A stretch of DNA of 64,000 bases, taken from IMG/VR virus record IMGVR_UViG_3300037041_001930; one strand, given 5' to 3'. Shown here piece by piece: positions 9,291 to 18,996 of this stretch (the first letter of the stretch is position 1; every line of letters starts with the position of its first letter). This stretch comes from a virus. Lineage: Duplodnaviria; Caudoviricetes. The notes below the pieces were generated by a model, which was not told where the DNA came from, searched no databases, and worked only from the letters and a program-made list of their open reading frames with translations. A program made the translations under genes and the position numbers.

Positions 9291-9485
9291 TCAGAACCCA
9301 GACCCCTCAGCGGCGTCCAGCGCAGCCGCCCATGCCACGGCATCAAAGGTGACAAGCACGTTGGGCTGCGAGGCAAAGCGGACAACAACCTTGTCGGTGC
9401 CGTAGGGCTGCCACATCACGGCTTCACGCACATTGTATGTGGCACCGCCGACAACAGGAGTAAAGAAGTTATCTGTGACAGCCAT
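9291..9485 (-). CDS. Free-standing ~60-aa module, second copy
   Basis: 64-aa ORF: FTPVVGGATYNVREAVMW...VVVRFASQPNVLVTFDAVAWAAAL. TAATG overlap with the upstream gene. Confidence 0.75.
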   Translation of the reverse strand: MAVTDNFFTPVVGGATYNVREAVMWQPYGTDKVVVRFASQPNVLVTFDAVAWAAALDAAEGSGF

Positions 9486-12400
9486 TATGACCTCGACTTC
9501 GACGCCTGCATGGCGGTCTCAAAAGCATTGAGATCAAAACTCACGTTGACATCAGGGGAATCAGCGAAACGTACAAGTGAAGGCGTGCTACGGTTCCAAG
9601 TCGCCACCCAATCCAGGTTATAGTACACGCTACCCCCATAGGGGTTCCACCACTGGAGACTCGAGGGCAGCGCTGCCAGGAACGTGGCGCGGGGGATGCG
9701 AAGCGGGGGATTCACTGGCATCTGGGAATCCTCGGCCATCGCCGAGTACGCCATCCAGACATCCACGTACCCCAGGGCCGGGTAATCCACATACCTCTGA
9801 ACGAAGAGCACGTTGAGCGTGGTCTGCCCAATGATGAGGTCAGGCAACGCCGAAGCTATAACAGGGCTGCCGAGGAGAGTCGGACTACTTGAACGCGAGA
9901 GGTCCCACTGGGTCAGGAACCAGGCACGACTGAAATGGATCGGGGAGTATGGGTTGCCAAAGAAGATCGCCGATATCGACTGGGTGTCGTCCTTAAACGA
10001 GACCAGCCAACGGAGATCATAGATAGCGCCATTACTGGATTCATAGAAATGTGAGCTACCAAAGATAACGTTGTGGTTGTCCCCGCGATCCTTGATACCC
10101 CCGCGCGCATACACCGGGCTCCCCGCACTGGCGTTACACCATGCTATGCCCTGAGAAGAGTTTCCTTTGATGTAGCTGCTCGAGCTCGCACCAGACCGGC
10201 TCACGAGATTCCAGGCCCCGGCGGCCTGGAGATCGAGACCCTCGATCTTGATCTGGCCACCACGCAGGGTTGCCCCGACATAGTTCAACAGTGCCGCTGA
10301 AGTCAGCGTGAGTGCACCAAAGGCGTCGAGCACCCTGGCGTGGAGATCCACACTGGACCCCGCGAGAGCCGTGAAGGCACCAGTGGTGAGTACGACATCA
10401 TTAGAAAGATCGAGAATCGTGCCGGCACCAGAGACCAGGATGGAAGGGAATGCTGCGGGGAGCCCACCGTTGATCTGGAACTGCTGACGCACCCCACCAA
10501 CGAAGTCAACTCTGGGGACTCCATTAGAGACCACGTTGACCCCGGCCCCGATGACCAGCTTCCCGGTAAACTTGGCAAGAGATGCACCTGCACCTGAATG
10601 CGGCATCGCCGCGATACCCCATCGAGTCGTACCCCCGGATCTACCGAGGGTGACATCACCATACGTGATGTCGACGACATCTGCGTTTCCAACGGGGTAA
10701 TCGAAAAAGTAATCGCTGCCGCCACCGGCGACATAGGTGTACGTGAAACTCGAGATATTCGCGATGACTCCGTCACGTGCCTGAATCTGCATGACCTTGT
10801 TACCAGATGTGCGCTTCGCGAGGAGACCCGCGATATTCACGTTTCCTGGCCCCTCGAATCGACATTCGAGATTTGCGGACGCACCAGTGGCCTCCATGGT
10901 GAAGCCACCTTGGAGGTCAACACTACCGTTGAATATGAGCCTACACAGGTTGCCCCAGAGACCCTTGAGAGTCACGGGAGACGTGAAGACGTGACCAGTG
11001 GGCACCGAGTAGATCGTGTTGCCACTGGGACCCTCACGGAACTCAATGGGGCACGTGAAGACCACACTGGCAGGGGCCGGCAGAGGAGTCGACTTCAGGG
11101 TGTCCAGGATGAGCGTGGGGGTTCCAGCAATCGTACTCCCCGACCCCGTGATCAGAGTGGGGTAGCTGGCCACACCCCCAGCTAACCGCAGATTCCCAGA
11201 CACAAGGGTGAGAACAACCCCGGTTCCAAGTGTGATCCCGAGGAGATTCGCACCAGGTCCGACAACAGTGATATTCATCAACTTCTCGGTACCACCCATG
11301 TCTAACACTGCGGAGTAGTTAAATGCGAGACGAGACGGTATCTTCTGAGAAGGCGTGGAACTGAATACCACTGAGGCCCCTGCGCAATCCACGGCCAGGA
11401 CACCGCCCCAACTATTGTTGGCATCAGTGATCGTAAACTTGGAGAAATCGAACACGTAGTTGTCGCGTCGAAGCGTGACATTGTTGTTCGCGTAATTTAT
11501 AGTTAAACCAGTTTCGACCACAGTAAGCGCGAAAGTCCATGTGAGCGCAGAGTCAATGGCAAGCCCGAAGACTTTGGAGCCCAGGGTAAGATTGCCGGTG
11601 CCCGCAGGGGAGTCACCCCCGATGAAAAAGTAATGGTTGGTGTTCAGCCCACTCGCGGTGAGCCCACCTGCGAAGGTGTTCGCCCCGGTGACATGGAAAC
11701 CGTTGTCATTCTCCATGGTGTTCTTAGTGGTCTGGGACACACAGGACAGCCCGGCCGAATAGCCGATCTCACTGCCGATGGCCCCTGACAAGTTGACCCG
11801 GCACCCCGCACTGGTCGGCATGATTATGAATGTGCGTGTCCCGGCACCATTGAGCAGCGTAATCGCACCTGTGAAATTCACAGGGCTCTGCGCTCTCACA
11901 TGGAGCTTTACAGTGCCCCCGACTTCGATGGCACCACTAAACGTGTAATTGGCACTCAAGCCCGCAGGCATCGAGATCGTAGAAGTCGTGTTGCCGATCC
12001 CCAGTGCCATGTTGGTCGCAAAGGTTCGGGTAGCTCCTGCATCGACATACCACTCGAAGTAGGAGCCCTCGTAGAGGGAGATCTTTCCGGTTCCAAAGGA
12101 GTGAGTAGTCGTGGCGCCAGAGTAACTCAAGGAGAGTTGAACCCCAGCGGCGACTACTGTATTCCGGTGAGCCGGGAATGTCGTCGAACTCGAGTGCGCG
12201 TAAGCCCCACCATTGACCAGGATGTCATGTGCACCGGTCACAGAACCCGTGGTGAGCAGGAATCCCGAGCTCGTGTTGTCGATCGTGAAATCCGTCTTCA
12301 GCAGAAGCGGAGCCGAGATCGTAACAGTGTTGGATCCCGAGACCTGGTAGTACCGGGAGATCGAGAGGTTGCCACCATTCGATGCCGCCAGGGTCTTTTC

Positions 12401-12853
12401 ACCACTGGAGTCACTGGTGATGGTCAATATCGTGGTGTCCCCGTAGAAGGTGAATACCTTGGTCCCCGAGTTCGTGAGATGTAACTTGGTGATGACTTTA
12501 CCAGCGAAGTCGTAAGTAGCCGTGGATTCAATGACCCATCTACCCGTGGCATCGCTTACAGTCACCCCACTGGATAACGCGAGAGCGGTGACCCCAGCAG
12601 CCATAACTGCGAAATCAAAGGTGCCTAAGCTGAGGGTGCCCGTGTAACCCGTGAAGACCGCAGTGTTGACCGTGAGATTCGCACTCAGGGTACACGCATC
12701 ATTGTTCCCCGCACCACTGCCATCAAAACGGATGTCATCGGCGGCAAGAGAGCCCGCGGCGGCCGCAGTGGTGCCCCCGATGTCCGTGGTGTAGTTCTGA
12801 CGCTTATTCGCGTCGGAGTCGCCGACTTTGTTGTGCCAATAAAGGGTGGCCAT
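9485..12853 (-). CDS. Large beta-helix (autotransporter-passenger-like) fibre/adhesin protein with three C-terminal ~60-aa modules
   Basis: 1122 aa, Gly/Thr/Ser-rich beta-strand repeats such as VTGANTFAGGLTASG, NLSGAIG and GTGKISL. No C-terminal autotransporter barrel. Confidence 0.75.
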   Translation of the reverse strand: MATLYWHNKVGDSDANKRQNYTTDIGGTTAAAAGSLAADDIRFDGSGAGNNDACTLSANLTVNTAVFTGYTGTLSLGTFDFAVMAAGVTALALSSGVTVSDATGRWVIESTATYDFAGKVITKLHLTNSGTKVFTFYGDTTILTITSDSSGEKTLAASNGGNLSISRYYQVSGSNTVTISAPLLLKTDFTIDNTSSGFLLTTGSVTGAHDILVNGGAYAHSSSTTFPAHRNTVVAAGVQLSLSYSGATTTHSFGTGKISLYEGSYFEWYVDAGATRTFATNMALGIGNTTSTISMPAGLSANYTFSGAIEVGGTVKLHVRAQSPVNFTGAITLLNGAGTRTFIIMPTSAGCRVNLSGAIGSEIGYSAGLSCVSQTTKNTMENDNGFHVTGANTFAGGLTASGLNTNHYFFIGGDSPAGTGNLTLGSKVFGLAIDSALTWTFALTVVETGLTINYANNNVTLRRDNYVFDFSKFTITDANNSWGGVLAVDCAGASVVFSSTPSQKIPSRLAFNYSAVLDMGGTEKLMNITVVGPGANLLGITLGTGVVLTLVSGNLRLAGGVASYPTLITGSGSTIAGTPTLILDTLKSTPLPAPASVVFTCPIEFREGPSGNTIYSVPTGHVFTSPVTLKGLWGNLCRLIFNGSVDLQGGFTMEATGASANLECRFEGPGNVNIAGLLAKRTSGNKVMQIQARDGVIANISSFTYTYVAGGGSDYFFDYPVGNADVVDITYGDVTLGRSGGTTRWGIAAMPHSGAGASLAKFTGKLVIGAGVNVVSNGVPRVDFVGGVRQQFQINGGLPAAFPSILVSGAGTILDLSNDVVLTTGAFTALAGSSVDLHARVLDAFGALTLTSAALLNYVGATLRGGQIKIEGLDLQAAGAWNLVSRSGASSSSYIKGNSSQGIAWCNASAGSPVYARGGIKDRGDNHNVIFGSSHFYESSNGAIYDLRWLVSFKDDTQSISAIFFGNPYSPIHFSRAWFLTQWDLSRSSSPTLLGSPVIASALPDLIIGQTTLNVLFVQRYVDYPALGYVDVWMAYSAMAEDSQMPVNPPLRIPRATFLAALPSSLQWWNPYGGSVYYNLDWVATWNRSTPSLVRFADSPDVNVSFDLNAFETAMQASKSRS

Positions 12854-12863
12854 TGTGCTGGCC

Positions 12864-13490
12864 TCAGAACTTGATCAGGCCGGTATGGTACCCAAATGAC
12901 TTCGAGGTGTAGTCTCCAAAGCAGCAGAGATGGAAGGCGGTGAGACTGTCGAGGGCATCCGTCCAATCTGACTTCAGGCGGCCCGTGACGTCTTCGACAC
13001 CACCACTGGGGATCGCTTGGATCCAGGACAGCAGCTTGATGTTGATCTCCGACGTCAGGTAGTAGGCGTCCTGACTCAAGGTGACCACGGCGCGTGCAAT
13101 CGAGAGGGCCTGAGCATTGATCTCATTGGCAGGGGTCGAGTTCCCGGCGTCCATCCAGACCGCGCAGGTCGTGGCCACCGCAGACTTCGTGGTCTTGGGG
13201 TCCACGGCTGCCAGCGTTGGCGCGGAATCATTGTTGACCGAGTAGAGGCGCCAGAGATCGGATCCCAGGGCGTACCATTTATCGACGGTGCGGCCATCAC
13301 CACGCCAGTTCTCGAAACGTGCAGCACGTGTTCCCGGGGCAACCCCCAGCGCAGGGATCATGTCGGCAAGCCAGACATCACGGAAGACTCGCCCGATCTG
13401 GGCAAGCTCTTTCTGGAGACGCATGATGTTGCGTGCGGTGTCCTGAATGCGGGTTTCGGTTTCACGTACCCGTGTTTCGATGATTGACAT
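12864..13490 (-). CDS. Hypothetical (probable virion) protein with N-terminal coiled coil
   Basis: Start moved to MSIIETR (ATG at 13490) to avoid overlap with the 13547-14056 gene; 208 aa. Confidence 0.65.
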   Translation of the reverse strand: MSIIETRVRETETRIQDTARNIMRLQKELAQIGRVFRDVWLADMIPALGVAPGTRAARFENWRGDGRTVDKWYALGSDLWRLYSVNNDSAPTLAAVDPKTTKSAVATTCAVWMDAGNSTPANEINAQALSIARAVVTLSQDAYYLTSEINIKLLSWIQAIPSGGVEDVTGRLKSDWTDALDSLTAFHLCCFGDYTSKSFGYHTGLIKF

Positions 13491-13546
13491 GTTGGCACCC
13501 CTATCGATTCGAGAGCTTATGTACGCCCCGGCGTCAGCAAGACCGC

Positions 13547-14056
13547 CTACTTGGTCACCGCGGTGTCGACAAGGGTATCCATCAGGGTATCCCAATCCGG
13601 GTACTTGATACGGCTGGGATCAATGCTGGGGCCCCCTGCAGTCAACGCAGTCGCGGGATCCAGGGAGGCCATGAGATCGAGGCGGACCCCACGGACGTAC
13701 TCGGCAAGGAAGGCATACTGGTCGACGAGCTCGGCCTCGGCCTGGGCGAGCTCCCCGACGGCATACCAGGCGTGCCGGGCGTAACCCAGCCTGGCCTCTA
13801 CGAGGAGGGCTCTGGCACTGCCCACATGCTTGCGCGCACAATCCAGGCATGTCGGCCGATTCGCGAGCTCGGCATTGATCTCGGTGAGGTCGACCCCACG
13901 CTCCTGGGCTTCCACGGCGTTCATGATAACCGTAGGGGGCACCCTTCGATCCTCGAGCCCTTCCATCATGGCGCGTACCCTTGGGAACGTATCCCTGGTG
14001 ATGCCCTCTGGGGCCGCATCAGGCTTGACGTAGCGGGTGTCGAATTCATGTGGCAT
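13547..14056 (-). CDS. Hypothetical protein with CxxCxxKH motif
   Basis: 169-aa ORF containing RPTCLDCARKHVG; SD-like GGAG upstream. Confidence 0.7.
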   Translation of the reverse strand: MPHEFDTRYVKPDAAPEGITRDTFPRVRAMMEGLEDRRVPPTVIMNAVEAQERGVDLTEINAELANRPTCLDCARKHVGSARALLVEARLGYARHAWYAVGELAQAEAELVDQYAFLAEYVRGVRLDLMASLDPATALTAGGPSIDPSRIKYPDWDTLMDTLVDTAVTK

Positions 14057-14066
14057 GGGTGGGCTC

Positions 14067-16544
14067 CTATTTGATCACGGTGAGATAATTGGTAAGCCTG
14101 TTGAACTCCAACTCAGCAAGAATCTGGTTGTGATGAAGCGGCTTCAGAAGGGCTGCTAGGGCGTCTGAAGCCGGGTGCGTACGACTCACGAGAACCCCGA
14201 GCCCAAACACCGCTGGGATCAGATATAGATCAAAATCCCCTGACCACATCTTGATGAAGTCCTCGATGGCAGTCAGGACTCCATTGCGCTCGCCCCCCGC
14301 GCGTAACGCGATGAAAAACTTTCCATTGCTCCGGAAACCAGATCCGGAGTGCACCATATCATTCAAGTCGACCCCAACGGAAGACGAGTTCGGTAGCAGG
14401 AACTCATCGGGGATACTGCTGGGGTCGTAATACTGGTCACGCCGCCCCCAGGGCCACCCTACATCGTAGATGACTGCTAAAAGCGGTTTCTTGTGGCGAT
14501 CACAGCTGACCTTAATAGCAGTCAACTCGTTATAGACGGTAAACCAGTTGTGATCGCCATCCAGCGACCACATATCGATGGCACCCGCACGGGGGATGGC
14601 GTCCAAACTGCGCCCACAGAACTTAGACAGCCTTTCTCCCTCGTTGAATTGCTGTAGCGAGTTGGGGTCGGTGTCCACCATTAACACTTTGCCGATGGCG
14701 CGCCCCGCACAGTAGTCCACCCATCGGCGCGTCATCCCACCGCCCTCAACACCGATCTCACAAACCGTGTTCACGCCGGCGGTCTCCGCGATATCCAGCA
14801 AGAGATTTGAGAACGTGCTCAAGGAGTGAAGCAGCGGGGGGCGTGAGAATCCATGCTTGGGGTTCACGTTAAAAAGAGCGTTGGCGAGATCGTACGCCTT
14901 AGGGGCTTCTGTGATCCTGGTGGCCTGGGCGACCTCAGGGGGCACATCAACCTGGGGGTGTCGCCACATGATATCGATCTCGCGGTACGTGATCGTGGAT
15001 GAATGCCGTGTAATCGTGGCGGCGACTCCACCGGGGGTAATCCCACTGAGATCTGGTTTATACAGGGGCCATAGGGCGACCGCGGCGTCCACAGCCTTAT
15101 GAGCGACATCAATGAGATCGGGATGATTCTCATGGGGAGCCCGAACAGGGGTGTCCCCTCTATACGTGATCAGAGAACCCACGACATCTTGATTGAAACT
15201 CTCGATACTCCACTTGGCACGCGTGAGTTCAGGTGGCATCATGACTGGAATGCAGTTCACGTTCGTATTGATACCTGCGAGGGCAACCATGCTGAACTGA
15301 TCCATGGGGCCTAACCCGAGGCGCGCCCATGCCCCCTTGAGAGATCTCCCACTCGCACGGATGTCGACCACTGTACGATCACGCAAGCACCCACGTAGAT
15401 AGGCGGCATAGGCGCCATCTGCGCTGGCCTCCGCCAAAGCGTTTCGGGATATGTTGACGATCTCAGCCTTCTTGCCCGTGATGCACTCGTACAGCTTGGT
15501 GAGTAAACAACAGTCCCGATAAATGAAAACTGGCTCGCGTTTCAAGGTCTCCTGCAGCCACTTCACGCCCATGCACAAGAACGGGATGTTCATGAGGACC
15601 TGCTCGGTCCACAACTGAGATCTCACACAATCCTTGGAGATGTGATATGGGTTGCTCCGCACGACATGACGCAACCAGGGGTACAAGGAGGGTACGTGTT
15701 TCGCGTACTCCCAGATATTACTGTCCCTGAAGAATAGCGCCTCGAGCCCGGCGGCGCGTGGGTTCGCGACATCACCATGGACGGCATCCCCGTAATGGCA
15801 CTGCGTGGTGCGCGCCAGGGGATCCCGCCACGTCGCCCCCGATGACTTGCCACCATAGGTAACCAGGATCTCGACACTCGCGGTGAGTCCGCACTTCACG
15901 AGAATCCGTCTGATGGCCTCAGCGGGGAGATACATGTCGGAGATGATGAGATCACCGTCTCGCACGAGACCCATGTTGGCCACGATTGGGTAAGCCTGGT
16001 TGACCTCCTCATCGATCTCCCGTGCCTTGGCAGCTGCGGTCTCGGATTCCGACCACTTGAACACCCCTGCAAGGCTGGCATAGATGGCATCAAGGGTGGA
16101 GCGCGTCGCCCCCTCGGCGGCGCGCCGTGCAGCCGTGAATCCAGGGATCCCGGTGGCCTTCTCGATGATCTCGAACACGGCAACGGGGTGTACACAGCGC
16201 CGGCCCACCAAGGTGTCAAAGCAATCCCAGCTCTGACGCCCCGTGAGATGCTCGGGCTCATGAATGGGTAACAGGTAGTGATATAAATTGGTGGTGTGGT
16301 AGTGACCTAGGAAACAATCCCACTTCATATCCTGGATATTGAAAGTTGAGGTCACCCCACCGGTCTGGTTCAGGAGAACCAAGGAGCCCTCGCGCAACTC
16401 CCATGACGACTCATTGGCGTGCGCGTACTCCCCGATCTTACCCCCTGGCAATAATCGCATGGGGCCGTAGGGCTGATACACCCCGTCCTTCCAGACCCTG
16501 CCAAACATGTAACGTCGCTGGAGAAACTCGGGGCTCGCTGCCAT
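14067..16544 (-). CDS. Multidomain glycan-modifying enzyme: HAD phosphatase + PRTase-type (ribofuranosyl) transferase + class I SAM methyltransferase
   Basis: HAD motifs SWDCFDTL, IISDMYLP, GGKSSG, HYGDAVHGD. PRTase-like FIYRDCCLL, ISRNAL, TVVDIRASGRSL. Methyltransferase_24-like VCEIGVEGGG, SLDGDHNWFTVYNEL, YDVGWPWGRRD, NGVLTAIEDF. Confidence 0.8.
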   Translation of the reverse strand: MAASPEFLQRRYMFGRVWKDGVYQPYGPMRLLPGGKIGEYAHANESSWELREGSLVLLNQTGGVTSTFNIQDMKWDCFLGHYHTTNLYHYLLPIHEPEHLTGRQSWDCFDTLVGRRCVHPVAVFEIIEKATGIPGFTAARRAAEGATRSTLDAIYASLAGVFKWSESETAAAKAREIDEEVNQAYPIVANMGLVRDGDLIISDMYLPAEAIRRILVKCGLTASVEILVTYGGKSSGATWRDPLARTTQCHYGDAVHGDVANPRAAGLEALFFRDSNIWEYAKHVPSLYPWLRHVVRSNPYHISKDCVRSQLWTEQVLMNIPFLCMGVKWLQETLKREPVFIYRDCCLLTKLYECITGKKAEIVNISRNALAEASADGAYAAYLRGCLRDRTVVDIRASGRSLKGAWARLGLGPMDQFSMVALAGINTNVNCIPVMMPPELTRAKWSIESFNQDVVGSLITYRGDTPVRAPHENHPDLIDVAHKAVDAAVALWPLYKPDLSGITPGGVAATITRHSSTITYREIDIMWRHPQVDVPPEVAQATRITEAPKAYDLANALFNVNPKHGFSRPPLLHSLSTFSNLLLDIAETAGVNTVCEIGVEGGGMTRRWVDYCAGRAIGKVLMVDTDPNSLQQFNEGERLSKFCGRSLDAIPRAGAIDMWSLDGDHNWFTVYNELTAIKVSCDRHKKPLLAVIYDVGWPWGRRDQYYDPSSIPDEFLLPNSSSVGVDLNDMVHSGSGFRSNGKFFIALRAGGERNGVLTAIEDFIKMWSGDFDLYLIPAVFGLGVLVSRTHPASDALAALLKPLHHNQILAELEFNRLTNYLTVIK

Positions 16545-16550
16545 ATCAGA

Positions 16551-18995
16551 TCACCTCGTCATGAAAGTGTAGGGGCCGACACCATCCCGGAAGTACCAGG
16601 CCGCGCCGACTAATGACCATGTTGGTTCCCCTGCGTTCGGGACCCCACGCGCCTTCGCCACGGGGTCAAAGTACCACCAGGGGAGTTCAACGAAATCAGT
16701 GGCCCTGATGTTGTCTGAGAGCACGGAGTCAAGCGACTGCATGGGAACCTGATTCATCCTAACCCTGGCCTTGCAGGCATCCCCCCAGGCCTCAACAGTG
16801 ACTGATGTGGCCGCAGCTCCGACTACCCTGGTCTGCACCTTGCCCTGGAGATCCTTGTAGCCAAAGGCCCCGGCACCAAGAGCACGGAGAGCGCTGGGGT
16901 CCCGGAGGACTTCGACATCAGCGTCGATGCAGATGCCACCGCTGGACGCGCTGAGTACCGCTGGCTTCGCGATCTCATTCAGGAGATCACGGGGGAGATC
17001 GGAGATCTTGGCCGCGAGGTCGTCTATGGCATCAGAGTCAAGACTATCGCCGGCGGCATAGAAACTAACAATGACAGCGTTGGTCTCAGGGGTGCTCTGC
17101 CACAAATTGACATCCCAGCCCAGGGCCGACAGCTTCTTGATGTTGTTGGCCACAGTGGCGGCAACCTCGCCCTCGATGGCGATGCCAATGCTCATGATGT
17201 GGATAACCTTGGGGATCGTGGGCTCATCAGCAGTCGGGGGATCCAGGGGATCCAAGCCGAATCCTTCGAGGTCGGTGAAGACGCCGGCCTGTTTGAGGAA
17301 CCTGAGGTACAGGCGTTCCTGTGGGGTATAGGCGCCCGCAGGGGGCTCCCCCCAGTACCGCATGTGCTTGGATTCAATGTGAGTGTCGATACCAGCGGTT
17401 ACAATAGTCTCCGCCCAGGTCTGTGCCCATCGAATCGCTTCGGCACCCGTGGAGAGCCCCCATGTCTCATGAATCAAGGGTGACTGTAGGAGGCGCTGGG
17501 CATACGCGGGATCCCAGACATCTGGCTTGGTCGCACTGATGTGCCGCAGTCTCGCGAGCACCTCGGCATACCGGGCACCCTGCACGGGATGGTCAAGCAC
17601 TCGAGGCCGGATTACAACTACACGCCAGGGCCTCAGTAGGGCCAGCCCGATCTCGAGGTCGTCGAGTGCACGGGGATGCAAGGGGTTCAACACCCAGTAA
17701 TCCGTGCGGGTACCCACGGGGTAACCGTCAAGACGCGGGAAGTTGACCCGTATAACGATGTCATCACTTTCGATGCCATCGACGCTTTCATCCCCGAGCA
17801 CCTTGGCAGTGGACCCATTGCCCACGATGACGGCCCTGCGGCTCCCATCGAGCTTATCGTTGTGCACCTTGATGGGCTTCGTGGACCCCGGGATATTCCA
17901 GGCACCATTGCGCGGTGGCATCCCCGCAGCGGCGAGAGCCTTGTCCTCGAGTTCGGCGAGGCGTTCAGTGGGCTTCCCGGGAGGTGTAGCCACGATCTCA
18001 GCAGTGTAGGCTGCCCATGCCGCCCTGACCCCGTCAACACTGAGTCCAGCCGAGTACCCCCAGGCGAGATCACGCAACGAATCCGTTACTATAGGGGGTG
18101 CGATTCGAGGCCTCGCTGAATCCACGGGATCCTTGAAGTGGCCGTCGTAGAGACCAGCCGAGGACTCCCTGGGGTTCACCTTGGAGTCATTGGTGGCCTG
18201 AGCCCTGGCATCAATGAAGGACTTGTAGGGGAAAGCAGTGAGCCCAGAGATCTGGGTGGTATTGAATACCTCGAATCCATGGTGGAGAAACTCGACCTGG
18301 AGCTGGGTGAACAATCCATTGAGGTACTCGAAGAGAGTATTGTTCTTAGCAGCGACTGCGGCGTCGACGACCTGATCATGGTTGTAGGCCCTCTTGGGAT
18401 CCATCTTGAAGTCGGCACCAACGAGGTAGACCCGCTTGAAACCCAGGATGTAGAGGATGCGGAGTGCAGCGACCATGGTGCTGCGACCACCTCTTACGGT
18501 ATCACTACCCTCCTGCCCCCAGTTGATGGTGTCCTCGTTCAGCCAGGTCTTGGCATCGAACTTGTCATTGCGCCGGATGAACCAGGTGTTCGGGCAATCC
18601 CGTGGGGTCTTCGCGAGGTGCTCACGAAGTGGCATGTCCTGGTAGGCCAGGGGATAGAACTTCGTGATCCCGGGATCCAGCCAGATCGAGTTCAGGAAGC
18701 GATGGGGTTCATCGAGGCCACACCAGAGCTGGGGACGCCAGCCCTGGGCGGCATTGTTGACCGCCATCGTGACGACCCCAGGAGTCGCTGAGAGCGCTTT
18801 GAGGTCGATGTCCCCTGCGCTGGGGCCCCCGCAGACCAGGAACGCCGTGGCGCCCTGGTAAGCGTGCCCCAGCCACGCGTTCTCCATCTGTGATGTAAAG
18901 AACACGGCGGGCTGGGAGCGCAGCACCCTCCCAGCCCGGGCCTCAGTTGAAGTCGTGATCTTGAAGACATCGTGACGCCCGGGGTGGGTGGTCAT
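16551..18995 (-). CDS. Triple glycosyltransferase-like fusion: Maf/DUF115-like + GT29 sialyltransferase-like + GT32 (DxD)
   Basis: Domain 1: FLVCGGPS, TMAVNN, RSTMVAALRILYILGFKRVYLVGADF. Domain 2 (from about aa 385): RAVIVGNG...IESDDIVIRVN...VGTRTD and LSTGAEAI...AGID. Domain 3: IPKVIH...GGICIDADVEVLR. Confidence 0.8.
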   Translation of the reverse strand: MTTHPGRHDVFKITTSTEARAGRVLRSQPAVFFTSQMENAWLGHAYQGATAFLVCGGPSAGDIDLKALSATPGVVTMAVNNAAQGWRPQLWCGLDEPHRFLNSIWLDPGITKFYPLAYQDMPLREHLAKTPRDCPNTWFIRRNDKFDAKTWLNEDTINWGQEGSDTVRGGRSTMVAALRILYILGFKRVYLVGADFKMDPKRAYNHDQVVDAAVAAKNNTLFEYLNGLFTQLQVEFLHHGFEVFNTTQISGLTAFPYKSFIDARAQATNDSKVNPRESSAGLYDGHFKDPVDSARPRIAPPIVTDSLRDLAWGYSAGLSVDGVRAAWAAYTAEIVATPPGKPTERLAELEDKALAAAGMPPRNGAWNIPGSTKPIKVHNDKLDGSRRAVIVGNGSTAKVLGDESVDGIESDDIVIRVNFPRLDGYPVGTRTDYWVLNPLHPRALDDLEIGLALLRPWRVVVIRPRVLDHPVQGARYAEVLARLRHISATKPDVWDPAYAQRLLQSPLIHETWGLSTGAEAIRWAQTWAETIVTAGIDTHIESKHMRYWGEPPAGAYTPQERLYLRFLKQAGVFTDLEGFGLDPLDPPTADEPTIPKVIHIMSIGIAIEGEVAATVANNIKKLSALGWDVNLWQSTPETNAVIVSFYAAGDSLDSDAIDDLAAKISDLPRDLLNEIAKPAVLSASSGGICIDADVEVLRDPSALRALGAGAFGYKDLQGKVQTRVVGAAATSVTVEAWGDACKARVRMNQVPMQSLDSVLSDNIRATDFVELPWWYFDPVAKARGVPNAGEPTWSLVGAAWYFRDGVGPYTFMTR

Positions 18996-18996
18996 A

